A stretch of 52,739 nucleotides of DNA from Octopus bimaculoides (taxonomy: Eukaryota). Positions 12,198-25,437 of this stretch are shown one piece after another. The position numbers and the translations under genes were made by a program. The DNA is taken from assembly GCF_001194135.2 (NCBI RefSeq), contig NC_068984.1, positions 34,901,779 through 34,954,517 on the forward strand, read 5' to 3'. The notes beneath the pieces are model-generated. The model saw nothing but the letters and a program-made list of their open reading frames with translations, did not search any database and was not told the DNA's origin. How positions within the stretch are numbered: the first letter of the stretch is position 1; each line of letters opens with the position of its first letter.

Positions 12198-14529
12198 GCA
12201 CACACATATGTATGTATGTGTGTACGTACATATATATGGATGGTTATGGTTGGTTGGATTATTGATTTAAGTATTATTTCGTATTAAGGATATATATTTA
12301 TGATTGTGTATATTATCGTTATAAGCCTGATTTATTAAATCTCTCTGTTAAGAGACTGCATATAATTTTATAACATTTTTTTACGATATGTAGTATTTAA
12401 CTATATATATCCTTTACCTGATGAAATAATATATAAATTATATATAATGTTAATGCACATTCCCAAATTTTGAGAAATCTTCAAAATTCATAAAGAAAGG
12501 AAGGTAAAATCGTTTGAAATGGTTTGTTTGTTTCCGTTGTTTCAATTCTTTCCGCCTACGTAAACACATCAAAAATATGTTTTCTCTGCAATGATGAAAT
12601 GAATGTTAAAAATCAAACTTGCTTTCACGCCGAACAGATGAAATATGTTAATGCCGAAATATAAATAGGAAAATAAACTTCAAATTCACTTCGTACTCAA
12701 GCACTGTAACAAAGCATATTTACATCAAATTGCGTAATATTCGCTACCAAATGATAATAGTAAATGAAAACCTGCACGTTCCAGCGAGAAAGTGTACGCA
12801 TAGTCACTTAACTTTTTTTTTAATTCAGAAGCTACATCTGCCTAAAATCACACCCTAATCGTAGGGAAAATTGGCACAATGTATACGTAGTGTGATTTTA
12901 TATTTCTTGCAATGTTCACGGATCGCTTGTCATTGTTCGTGTGAATTTATACGTAATGCTGATCCCTGATGAAATAACATCTAGTACTATAAAATTGTTT
13001 TTTCCTGCGTGTAGATGCATATATATAAACACCTGGCCAATGATTATTTTACTAAATGATGGTGCTTTCGAAAATATGTTTTAGCACAAACTACTTTAAC
13101 TACAATTGCTTAGAATTGTAAATTATATGCATCAAACCTTCCCTATGTCTGCCAATATTATTCCTCTTGCAAAAGTGTAATTTTGGCGAATGTTGCTAGA
13201 AATAGCGATCAAGTAAACGACTAATAATTACTCCGATTGCTTTCTAATGGGAGATGCACATTGAATGGTTTATTCTTAAATGAGGGACGTTTACGTAAAG
13301 TGCGTAATCGTTTACACCACAGAGGAGATGAAGACTTAAATAATACAAGTATATGTGCATAAATTAAGCACTAACTACTGATAAATGTGCATTGTTTCGA
13401 AGCTGCAACACATTATAAGGCGGTGAAATATTGTCTCACGTGATACTAAATTATAATCATTTGACAAATCTTAACTACTGATATATAAATATCTTGCACA
13501 CACACACACCCACACACAAAAGCTCACAAGCAAAATAGAAGCATTGACCTAATTAGTACTGGTGATTGTATTGGGTTTATTCTAACACACTTTTGGGTCG
13601 AGCGTTTTTCACTCACTAAATTGAATGTTTTAAACCGAGTAATGGATAACATGGTCAATGTATAACAACAGGTGTACTACGAATATGGATTATCTTATAG
13701 GAAAAGTGTTATGATAATTAAGGTTGGAAAAGAACACAGGGAGATACGTTTCAGAATCGATTACTGGTAAGCTTATCAGTATTTACAAATTGAAAGTAAA
13801 ATTTTAGAAATGTAAAATAAAGAATCTGGCCAAAAATTTAAGTGGTTTTCATGTTAATGAGATTGCATCCAAAGGTGGCTGTAATAGCCCTTAGATAATA
13901 ACGTCTTCAAAAGGTTAACTTTGGAAAATTATGGCATTTCTCTGTAATATCATTTTTGCTCCAAGGCTACATTGCGATCTACTTTAAATATCTTGACTAC
14001 TACTTTTCTCTATGGCAGATTGGAAAGTGGGGAGGTGAAAGACAACTTTCTTACTATTTAATGTCTATACAAGCGCGAGGTCAACTATTACTTGTATGCG
14101 CAATGGAAACTTACCGACCCTTTATAAAATCAATACATAATGAATCCAGGTGATGAGCTGTGATAAAAATGCAGTATGCAAGTAAAATTGCTATCGGATA
14201 TATTTACATCGCATTTAACCACAACATATTATTCTTCAGCAGTTTCAATAATAGTCCCATTTTCCTTCATTTTAAGCTTACTTTATCCAATATAGCGACC
14301 CGAAATTATGGCTTCCTACACAGAATGAATCGGCCATAATTACTGTTTATGCTAAATAAAATAAGGTTGCACGGTGATCTTATCTGTTTCAAAAGTAGGG
14401 GATTATGGTGGTGAATCTAAACAATTCTACTAACTCTGGCTAGTAGAATATATATATCTAATTTTCTTTTCATAATTTAAAGATATTTACTCACGTTGAA
14501 TTTACGAAATAAGCTGGCTACGATAAGAC

Positions 14530-14750
14530 TATTGTTCGAGATTTAGGCACAATATCGCTATATTTGAAGGAAGCAGCAGTAGTCAACACCAAAGAATCCA
14601 ATACTTAACTGGTAATTTATTTTATTGAACCTGAAAGGGTGGAAGTCAAGATGCTTTAGCGGTATTTGAACTCAGAACGTAAAAAGCCATAAATAAATAA
14701 AGCGAAATATTTTTCCGACGTCCTAACTCTTCTACTAATATACCACCATA
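14530..14750 (-). mobile_element. SINE family B, old copy
   Basis: AACTGGTAATTTATTTTATTGAACCTGAAAGG...GCGGTATTTGAACTCAGAACGTAAA matches 29720-29795. Confidence 0.75.
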
Positions 14751-16103
14751 GAGTACGATTCAATAATGTTCGCGACCAAACTTATCCTTCATTATTCTGC
14801 ATGAAAGATGCCTTCGAAAAAGTGGAGAAAGTAGTATAAACAATGATGTATAAATGAAAATATGGGCCATGCTAGAAAGTTAATAATTCAGTGTGTTATT
14901 GTAACTGATTTTCTTCTATTAAATGCACACCTGAAATACGAAAAACTTATTGAAAATGTAAATATCATTAGAGAAGAGAGGCAACGTTTCCGATTAAGTA
15001 GCGGATCCTATTCGTAGACTATTTAGCAACAAATTTGGCCTCGTTACAGAATCCTTTAGAGAAATATGATTAGCGGACACACGAAAAAATTATGTTTGAT
15101 TGAGTGGGTCTGTGCGCCTATCTGTCTATCCATCTATCTGCATGATTGTCTGTCTTCCAATCTCTCTGTTATCTAATAAAAACAGTTGTATTTGGTATTT
15201 GTGCAGTTTTAAATGGATGTAAAACGACGAGCAAAAAAGTAGTATGTAGCATTGAAATCGAATATATACTGCAGGTTAGAAAGTGCTGAGGGGTGACTAG
15301 AGACATGATAAATCATTTTGGTACAGCAAGATAAATGGTCATTTATCTTCATCTAATAAAGACTAAAGACTATGTGTCTGTATAGTAAAATTCGACCCCA
15401 TATTTTAGTAGAGCTCATTTAAATTGCTTTATATTTATCAGTATTCTCTCGGTAATTCATCTACACTTTCTCGCTCAAGTTCTCTTAATTTATTTATGTC
15501 TATTTCTCGCTTTCTAAAACTTTCTCGTTTTTCCCCATTTTTCTTTATTCTCTCTTCCAGTTTAAAAAAAATTTTTTATTTGATTTTATTTGCTTTTCTA
15601 TATACTAATCAATAGCACAACATAATAATGTTGTTGAGCAAGGAAAAAGCTACTTGTTTCGACTTTTAGTTGACGAAAGTTCACTTTTCTAAAAAGAACA
15701 ATCCTTTTGAGAAAACATAAACATTTCAATACTGCATTATACCTTTCCCTGGTATTTAGTGTCCACATTCTCACTGTAAGAGAAACAAATATGATTACTG
15801 AAAAAGGTGACGCAGAGCAAAACTCTACGAATGTACAATGCAACTTGTTTTCGATTGTCATTTCGTGTAAAATAACTGTTTCATTCTTCTGAAATATAGC
15901 AGCTTTGCGTGATATCAGATGAAAGTAATATTAATAGAACAATAGAATGTGTCAAATATGATACCGATGTGAGAATATAAAGTCTATGAAGCTAGTTTCG
16001 ATTTTAGTTGGAGGCCCGTTACAACAGTGGTGTAGCGAATGTCAGTTAGAATGTTATTCATGTCAGACAAATTCAATATTACCTACCTGACTATAATTTG
16101 AAG

Positions 16104-16824
16104 CGGGAATACTTCCGGGTTGCTTTTGGGTACACGTGTGGAGACAGGAATAACAATTCAACATTGAATATATTCCGTGTAAATATTTGATAAATAAATT
16201 CAAAAAGGGATAAAACTCTTTTACAGGAATTTTATCAAGAAGCCAGTGTGTAAAAAAATTCGTAAGGGAATACCCAAAAGCAACCCGGAAGTATTCCCGC
16301 TTCTTTGATGAAGATATATACANNNNNNNNNNAAAAGAGTTTTATCCCTTTTTGAATTTATTTATCAAATATTTACACGGAATATATTCAATGTTGAATT
16401 TTTATTCCTGTCTCCACACGTGTACCCAAAAACAACCCGGAAGTATTCCCGCTTCTTTGATGAAGATATATACAGATAAACTTCATTCCCTTTACTCTGT
16501 CGGATACGTAGGGTGTTCGTTTTTGGTGAGGTGAGAATTCTGTTTATTTATATATGTTTTTGGTACAATACTCTGCTGATGAACGAAATCTAGATTCATT
16601 CTAGTAATCGCGAAATCGGTCGATACACAGTTAAGTATATTTAAAAGAAAGTAGGTAGACTTCTGTTGGTTGTTTTTCCTCGCATTAGGTACTANNNNNN
16701 NNNNGGTAGACTTCTGTTGGTTGTTTTTCCTCGCATTAGGTACTAAATGTGGGTATTTTGAGAAGTCCACTGTGTGGCGTTGTTATTTTTCTGTAATAAT
16801 GCCCTTTATATAAATATAAACGAA
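16104..16824 (+). mobile_element. Non-coding hammerhead-bearing retroposon insertion (retrozyme-like or non-autonomous Penelope-type)
   Basis: 16-bp direct repeats TGACTATAATTTGAAG at 16088-16103 and 16825-16840; 123-bp inverted duplication at the 5' end; hammerhead core at 16570-16631; no meaningful ORF. Two 10-N gaps lie inside. Confidence 0.7.
16570..16631 (+). ncRNA. Type I hammerhead ribozyme
   Basis: CUGAUGA (16576-82); helix II CGA..CUAGA-UUCAU-UCUAG..UCG; GAAA (16612-15); helix III AUCG-GU-CGAU; cleavage triplet AUA (after 16625); helix I ACUCUG/CACAGU (5 of 6 pairs). Deviations: A10.1-C11.1 and one C-C in helix I. Confidence 0.8.
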
Positions 16825-19626
16825 TGACTATAATTTGAAGTAGATGATCATTACTTCTATATTGTATACTATATGCATCTCACTGTAGTTAGAGAGTTCA
16901 TGGAGTGGGATACGGCTCAGCTTCAGACAACCCCAATACATGTTTTCGATTTGCAGATGAGACTATTTACCATTCAATAATTCAAAGATAAAAGACGAAA
17001 GGTTTGTAATATTAACTAAACAAAAACAACTCTAAACGAATGTAATAATCTATGACAATAATATATATTGTCAGGGATATTGAGCAGGCAGAAACGGTAA
17101 GGCGAACAATTAAATTTGTTACACTATTAGTAATGTTCCTTTGCATAATTCTTCTCCTGAGGGTGGAAGAAAAAAATTGTAGAATCATTTGAGAACGTTT
17201 TACATTTCTAGAACTGGACCATGAACTACAGTAAGAAATCAATATCATTTCATACCTATAATGGCAGCAATTTGGCAGAAATATGAAATAGCCAGACGAT
17301 GTATGTGTATTGAGTAAGGTAACCCTCTAAGTTTTAAATTAAAACACAACCGGAGTCTAATTTACTCAAGAAAATAATTTTCTTAGAGCCATGGCCAGAC
17401 TGATTATATTTTCCTCCGTTTTGTTAATATGTTAGCTGCTGAATATTTGACAAGATCACAAGTGAATGCCAGTTTCTTTTACGTTTCTGATATCGTATTC
17501 GAAAATATTTCAAACGTTCAGCCTGGTAAACGGAATTTTAGTGCAACAGAAAAAATCAAACTATATATAGGTATATGTAATTGTTGAAAAAGGAAATGCC
17601 ATAGTTTTTGAACTACACGTTATAAATCCACATGAAACTTCATCACTATCAGTTCACTTAAAACTTGGAATGTGATTGTTATTTTGTACAATTTAAAAAT
17701 AGTACGTAATAGCACAACTAATTTACAATTATATAAAAATGTAGGAAATATAATCTAGTAAAAGATCTTATAGTTACTATCTAAACGTGATAGAAACAAC
17801 AGCTAAATCATCATTGAATCACAAATGAGTGTTATCATTATTGTAAATTGCCAATAAATACGTGATTTTCACGAAGAGAATATCTGGCGATAGTTTAAAC
17901 ACCACCAACTAGATAATGTTATCGAAAAATTGTTCAAATAGACTAAGACACACTGTTCTCCGAAAACTTTTGACAATGTTATGATATTTTTGCATATATG
18001 TTAACCTCAGAAAACCCAGGAAACTCTCTAGTCTATATTTTGTAGTTTCGTATTGGCTGTGTAATACTCTCTTCCATCATCTTATAAATACTATCGTATG
18101 TTGCAAACATTAACGTAATTTTTTATTGTTACAGGTGTTAAGAAAGCGGATATGTAATTTCGTTAATATGTGCTATGAATATTATTGTTGCTTTGCACTG
18201 TGTGAATTATTTGTTTAGGTTTGGAATGCAATAAAATTTTAGTCGTATTTCTAAAGATCAGATCACAAAATATTCCATTGAAACGAATATATTCACATAA
18301 TTGTTTAAGATATTGCTATTTCTAGTTCGAATTTTGATACAAGGTGTAATCTATAAATGTATTTGGTAGTCGCAATAAAAAGGTTTCGTTCAAATTAAAC
18401 ATTGTTTTCTTTTTTTTTTCTTCAGAAGTTAATAATTTGAACGGTAGTGATTATGTCAATGTACATCTGTAGGGCAAAATTGAATATTGTAATACTTACA
18501 TTAGTGTATATATACTCATAGTGCATAGAAGAGGAAATTTGGTCATGGTGTACACATTTATAGCAAATCGAAAGAAGTTCCAAAGTAGATGGTGAAGTCC
18601 AACGTAAAACTGACCAGTACAGTCTTGTATAATAAATATTGGCTCTAAGATATTCCATTGTGAGTGAATTTAGAGAAATTATCAGAATTTAGTGAGGAGA
18701 TTTTAAAGAAATTGCATTTTACAAAGCTGTCATAGCACTGTCGACTTAACAGACAATCGATCGTGCCCACTATTCTAAAGTGATATAGGTAAGTGAAGTA
18801 TTGATGATTTTGCGTGCTATTTACGCTTGTAAAAGATTGATAATTAATATATTGAAGAAACACCGCTTGTAACAAAGAAGTGAGCATTGTCTGTAAAAAT
18901 AATTACTGATATTACTGGAATGGGGAATGGTTCTTATATATCCAAAATATTATGAGTAAAAAAAAATGTCTTGACCCATTATACAAACTTGGCTAAATTG
19001 TGAAGACATCTGCGTATTCTTCTTCGCCAGCTACGAATCAAATAAACATTACAGAAAATATTGCATACACATCATAAATATTTTTCTTTTGTGTTCGAGT
19101 AATCACAGTATCATTGGAGACACCAAAGTTTGTAAGAGTGATAAAAAAAAGAGTTTTATATTTTGATTGATATTTACTCAATACTCTCCAATCTTTGAAT
19201 CAATTTAGCCAAAGTTTCAAAATTTACTGAATGGCAATGTTTTACCAATTGGGGAAAATTGTAATAGTGAAATTTTTGTGAAACGGATACAAAAAATACA
19301 AAGGTATAACGGGAAAATTTCATTACAATTAATGCTGATAATTAATTATATTGTATTAATATTAAGTTATATATATCTAATCTGAAAATGCGTTTTAAAA
19401 ATTGTTAGCTGTTATTACTTGAAACCACTACAGCTATTTATGTGCATGTGAAAATGTAATGGGTTATGTATTTCCTTCTTTGGTTTGCTTTTCACGCGCC
19501 CAGCCATTTTAGGAAATAAGAACCACATAAAATAAAAATGGGCGAATAGAAAAAAATGAATGAAATATAAAAATGCACACAAGACATCTAATGTATCTAT
19601 AGTGCCTACTTGGCGTGGAATTGGCG

Positions 19627-19787
19627 ATGAATTTGCTAGAAGGTCTTCCTTTGGTGTTTCTTGTGGTTGTAGTTTTCGTGCTCCTACTCTATAGAGTAAC
19701 GGATGTGGAAGCGTATTTCAGGTTAACGATACAATTGAAGGTGGTATTTACCGACGTAACATTTATTATTGATATGATAGTATACCG
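19627..19787 (+). CDS. Candidate first coding exon with signal-peptide-like N-terminus (MNLLEGLPLVFLVVVVFVLLLYRVTDVEA-YFRLTIQLK...)
   Basis: ATG, hydrophobic core, V-E-A cleavage-like motif, strong donor CCG|GTAAGT. Lies in GT-rich degenerate triplet sequence that produces Val/Leu runs by chance. Confidence 0.22.
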
Positions 19788-19910
19788 GTAAGTGTAGTTG
19801 TGATGGTGGTTGAGTATTTAAGTCAGAGCAAAGTAGTAGCGAAAGTGGTGATAGTGAAGCTGACATATTATTGGTGACGACAGTGCATCATCATTACTGT
19901 TACTTCTCTT

Positions 19911-20130
19911 AAGGCGATGAGAAAACTGAATCGTTAGCACGTTGGACGAAATTTTAAGTATCATTTCCCCCGTAGCAACATTCTTAGTTCAAATTCCGCC
20001 GAGTTTGACTTTGCCTTTCACCCTTTCGATGTCGATGAAATAAGTATTATTTGAGCATTGGGGTAGATGTAATCGACTGTACTCCTCCCACAAAATTTCA
20101 GGCCCTATGTCTATAACAGAATGGATTATT
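19911..20130 (+). mobile_element. SINE family B copy
   Basis: GTTAGCACG...GTTCAAATTCCGCCGAGTTTGACTTTGCCTTTCACCCTTTCG is the reverse complement of the core of 29656-29860. Confidence 0.85.
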
Positions 20131-22008
20131 GCTACATCACATTCTATGGCATATCTGTCTTTAATTTGGGGTATATTCAAATATAACTTAGTCATAGAAT
20201 TCTAACTGTGCTAGGGAAGGAAACGTTGTTTACCATTTATAAAGAAACAAATCTCATACAATTTATTCATATGACCTAGCTAGAGTATGTTATGGGTGAG
20301 CAATACACGAAACATCGCACAGGCATATTTTCATCGGAAAATATTAACAACATTAGTCTACGAGAACATATAGGTTTTGCTATATATGAATGTGCTCACA
20401 GATGCTGAAGAAACGTCCTCAAATACAGGTACTAAAAATCGAAAGTATTCACTAATGCATATCTCTAATAAATCAACAAATGCTAAACACAATCTCAAAT
20501 ACGAATGATTTCGTCTTTGATGTATATACAAGATAATATTCCCCAGAATTACTCATGAATATTGTCCACTTGAAGTTTTAAGCCATATGACTTAGACACA
20601 CGGCGGTATATATTAAAATATATTGCATAATGTATTATCCTTAATATATGGAACTTATTTTATTAAAAATAAAAACTACTTTCGGGTAATGGTATTAGAA
20701 TATTAGAATAATTATATACTGCTGAAGATAATAGAAGTATTTGAAAATTTCCAAGCAAAAAGAGTCACTCAGAACAATTTACGAAATCAAATTAAAATTA
20801 AACAAACAAACAAACAGATAATAAATAAACAAAATGACGTGAACGTAGGAGAGACTGAAATCAGTCAAATATAAAAACACCATTCCCCATAAAGTGTTGA
20901 TTTCATTTCGAAAACATATTTCAAGTTGTCTCAAAGTTACTAAGCTGTACAAAGTCACAGGCTGAATTTCATGTAGTTTTGGTAAATCAATTTATATAAT
21001 AATACAAATATACATACACCATACACATACATACACACACGCACACATATAAACACATACACACATGCATATATATATATGTGTGTGTGTATGTGAGCGC
21101 TTGTGCATAAAGTACGGCATCGTAGCCATAATTAATTTAAGTTATCCTTGCCTCTATAAAATACATCTTTTAAACAAACATTTGTCCTTTATAAATGTCC
21201 ATGCGCGCGTTTATAAAGTGCAGTAAGGAATTGGAAGCCGGAAATCGTGTAGGGAATAGCGCTAAAGATGGAAACAGGACTATAGAAAAACAGTGATAGA
21301 GAGTTTATCGAAAGTGTAATAAATAGTGACAGAACAAAAATGTACTAAGAAATTCAGAACTCAGAAACATTAACGTAGAGAAAGACAGTGACGTATAAAA
21401 ATTGAGAATGAAAGCGAAAAGAGAGAAAGAGAAAGTAAGCCTATAGTATATAGATAAGTAAATAGAAACCTAAATTTACATATTTACACAGTCGTGTCTG
21501 AACGAAAAAAATGAGAGAACTGGATTAAGGGAAATGCATGCACCATTTGTTCATTGTTGCACTTATTTCCCCCACTAATCTATATAACTTTTCGCTTAAA
21601 GCATCCTCAATTTACAATAGTACTAAACCGTAATAAAAACATATCCTTATATTTTTAGTTGTAAGAAAACCTGTTAGTTTGAGCCTAGTTTTTATATAAC
21701 GATCCTAAGTGTATAACAGAGTTATATCCTAAAAGCTTGATATACTCTTCAATCCAGACAATATTTACAACTGAATAGTTTTTGACGTATTGCAAGGCAG
21801 AAAGGCATTCGACCGTAGAGTACTTTTTAATGATATCGTTTAATTCGATGTAAGATCCTGCAATACCAATTCAAACGTACATACTATCCACAATTGTTCA
21901 ACACAAGCTATCTTGTTACAGTGATTATTCTTTTCTGTGTTTGTTCTATCATTCCTTCATTCGGTTCATTTTTTTTAGTTTCTCTCTCTTCTTCCCTTTC
22001 GTTCTATC

Positions 22009-22009
<1 letters not shown>

Positions 22010-22076
<67 letters not shown>
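22010..22076. repeat. (CT)n microsatellite
   Basis: Directly visible. Confidence 0.95.
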
Positions 22077-22080
<4 letters not shown>

Positions 22081-22641
22081 AATCGGAACCGAATAACTGC
22101 TGCAGCAGCTCTTCATAATCCCTCTCTTATTTCTACTTCACACAGCACTCTCTTGACATAGATTTCTATGAGGTCATTTCATTTTCGAAATGGAAACCCT
22201 GTCAAGCATATAGCAAAACCTAAATTGAAATTGATATTGTAGCTCTAGATATATTAATCATACAGAAGTGAAAGATAACATGCCTCTATAGTCATGGCTA
22301 AAATACATTACATCATCGACCTCCTTGGGCAACTAAGAACAACGAATCTAATTTTCGCAAAGTAATCCCTATTTTCTCAGAACATGAACAATATTTTAAA
22401 AAATACATTTACTGAAAAGACCAGATGATCACGGGTGGAACGCCTTTTAATAGTAGTCAACAATCTCAAATAAACATTTAGAAGTTTTTGTGCCCTTGTT
22501 TTTTTCAAAATACAATGAATTTCAGAAATTCATGAGTTAACCCTATGAGATTACTAAATATAGAGCAGCAGTCATATATATACTAGCGAGTATAATTTGG
22601 TAGCATGTACCAAGCTTTCTCTTATTTATTTAAGTTCGTAG

Positions 22642-22700
22642 ATCGTCGTGCTTGCCCAATCCCCTTGAAGAATTGCTGCGACCAGGAGGCAAACGATGTT
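22642..22700 (+). CDS. Candidate exon (59 nt, phase 2-1; SSCLPNPLEELLRPGGKRC)
   Basis: Pyrimidine-rich acceptor ending TTCGTAG|, donor |GTAACT, GC-richer than flanks. No recognised homology. Confidence 0.15.
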
Positions 22701-23305
22701 GTAACTCACGCTGAAACAACACTCGGCTAGTGCTAGTTACAGCTGCGTAGACAGCAACAACATAAAACGAAGTCATTTTCTGAGGACAGATCGCTCTTTA
22801 TTGTTCAGTGGCGAAAACACGAACCATTAGTATATGCTACTCCATATTACTTGTATTAAATAATATTTCTTATTTCAGAGAAGAAAAAAAAAAGGTATCA
22901 GGAAATATCCATATCATCGTAAGCACAACGTATAGTTCTTATCATGCACACTATTTTCATAGATTGCCTTCATTTAACACTGAAATCTACAGAAAAAGGG
23001 TTTCATATATAAACATTCACATAGTCATTATTTTTTCTTCCCCATGAACATTCACTTGAAAATGTATGGGCAAGAAATAAACAATATACCCAAATATTTA
23101 TATCGATAGCAGTATTATATCTACACTGTCTAAATCACATCTATTATGAAATTATAGTTTTGTTGCAACTATGGTGTTTTTAGAAGTAATACATACATAT
23201 ATCTGTAGGCGTCTATGTGTTTATAGGAGTATATATATACATATATATACATGTATATATTATATATATTTATATAAACATATATATATTATATATATTT
23301 ATATA

Positions 23306-23351
<46 letters not shown>

Positions 23352-23361
23352 NNNNNNNNNN

Positions 23362-23470
<109 letters not shown>

Positions 23471-25358
23471 ATGTATGTATGTGTGTATTTATGAATATGT
23501 AACCATGTATGTACGTATATAGATTTATCGTATATAAAATTTCAGAGTAAAATCAACGCATAGATGAAAAAAAAAATGTTATAGAAAATTTTGCAATGGA
23601 GCGAAATCTATTATCAAAGATATCACATAAGTATTATTTTCAAGCAAAAGAGTGCACTCCAATCAATTGATATAATGGTATATTTATGATATATATATTT
23701 TCATCCCTTCCTTCAATGTTATTGACTTCTTGACCTGAAAGCTAATAGAAAGACCTTGCTATCGTGTGCAAACACATAAACAAGTCTACCAAGAGACAAC
23801 AGATTTCAACTCCTTCAACGCAAACTGCCACTTTCAGTTTTGCGTATAGATATAATAAAGAGTGTGTGTTTTGTACTATTTGCTATGATGATATATTGAG
23901 GTGAGGGAGGTTTTCCTCTCAGACTGGATTATTGAAATGTTAAAAGCACTCAATAATAACGAAATTTATAGCTTCACACGTATACACACACACACACGCA
24001 CAAAACATATACAAACACTGACACGTAGGAACACACACTCACGCACACACACTCACACACGCATACACACACTCTCAATTGTTTGTATGTTAGCGCGCGA
24101 ATGTGACTCTACGTGAGTGGGCACGGCTATATAGTTAGTATCATTACTATCTTTCAAGACATAATATATACTTCCACACGCACAAACACACACTCTCACA
24201 CACATATCCAAATTCATACACACACACACATACACACACACACACTCTCATAAACACATACTCACACACTCACACACACATACAGATACATGCACATACA
24301 TACACAAACTAGATTTATATAAGCTTTACACATGTTTTGCTAGTGTATGCTAACATGCTTTGCAGTAATTGTTACATAGACAATTGCCTAATCACATTAG
24401 CACAGCAGAACATTAGAAGAAAGTAGTAATTTAATACACTGTTAATTACCCACCGCAATTTCTATGCAAAACTAAATAACTCTAGTGTTATACCATTCAC
24501 AGATAGAATTTTTATACATACATATATAGACACTTCATTTTTACTTGCTGCACTGCACTGAGCTTTAAGTGGGTAATCCGACGATAAACTGGTGTTCCGT
24601 TCAAGAAGATTGCATGCTTGCTCGTGAAGTGAATGGGGTGGAATCATTCGAAAACTACAATAATGCCAGGTAGCGCATTGTTGTCAGTGGTTTATAGCAA
24701 CAATCGGTACTGTAGTCGAGGAATTAACACACAGTAACAGTCTAATATGCGTAAACACTTGTATATATATATANNNNNNNNNNNNNNNNNNNNNNNNNNN
24801 NNNNNNNNNNNNNNNNNNNNNNNNNNNNNNNNNNNNNNNNNNNNNNNNNNNNNNNNNNNNNNNNNNNNNNNNNNNNNNNNNNNNNNNNNNNNNNNATGTA
24901 TGTGTGTATATATATGTGTATGTGTGTGTGTGTGTGTGTGCACAAACACATTTATAAAGAGTGAGAACAAATGACACAGGTATGCTGACTCGAGTGTATA
25001 TCTGTACATTTATGTACGGTTGTAAATTCCATTGTTAGCTTAGTTATCGAACTGCCCGTGTAGGCCGAACGTATCACTCTATTGTTTGTGCAAGTGTTTC
25101 GTTGCAAATTATATGAGAGATGAGAAAATCCTTCAGTTTTTTTCCAATTATGCCAAAGCCTATGATTCTTCACTAAGAATGTCTAAGAAGGATGTACCAT
25201 ATTAGTAGGTATGTCCTATAGTTGCCAAACTGATTAAACATAGTATTACTAAAGTTTCAGCTCCGCATTATATTTCTATAATTATATTTTCGATGTCCTG
25301 CTTCTAGTATATTTATTACTGCTTAAATGTACATTCATATGAGGCTAACTCATTTTAG

Positions 25359-25430
25359 TCAATAAATGCGGTGCTTGCTCGTGCAGTTCGAAATTGCAAG
25401 TGACAGTGAAAGAAACCGTATTGCATATAT
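25359..25430 (+). CDS. Candidate internal exon (72 nt, phase 1-1; NKCGACSCSSKLQVTVKETVLHI)
   Basis: Branch point and acceptor GGCTAACTCATTTTAG|, consensus donor |GTAAGT, symmetric length, one open frame of three. Confidence 0.35.
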
Positions 25431-25437
25431 GTAAGTA

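Noticed and set aside
12416-12990. CTGATGA heptamers near 12419 and 12966; also near 49888 and on the minus strand near 40700 and 41730
   Set aside because: None has helix II followed by GAAA and helix III.
13672-14153. Open frames with splice-like ends (VYYEYGLSYRKSVMIIKVGK..., IGKWGGERQL...)
   Set aside because: Joining them creates a TGA or needs a ~40-nt intron; no homology recognised.
15328-15349. Perfect 10-bp palindrome AAGATAAATG-GT-CATTTATCTT
   Set aside because: Short, AT-rich and isolated; plausible by chance.
16654-16745. 41-bp direct repeat either side of a 10-N gap
   Set aside because: Identical copies abutting a gap are a typical contig-overlap artefact.
16890-18630. Short stop-terminated frames with Tyr motifs (DETIYHSI, DYVNV, DQYSLV) and a 46-aa TM-like ORF at 17052-17192
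   Set aside because: No consistent exon chain; such motifs are common in AT-rich random translations.
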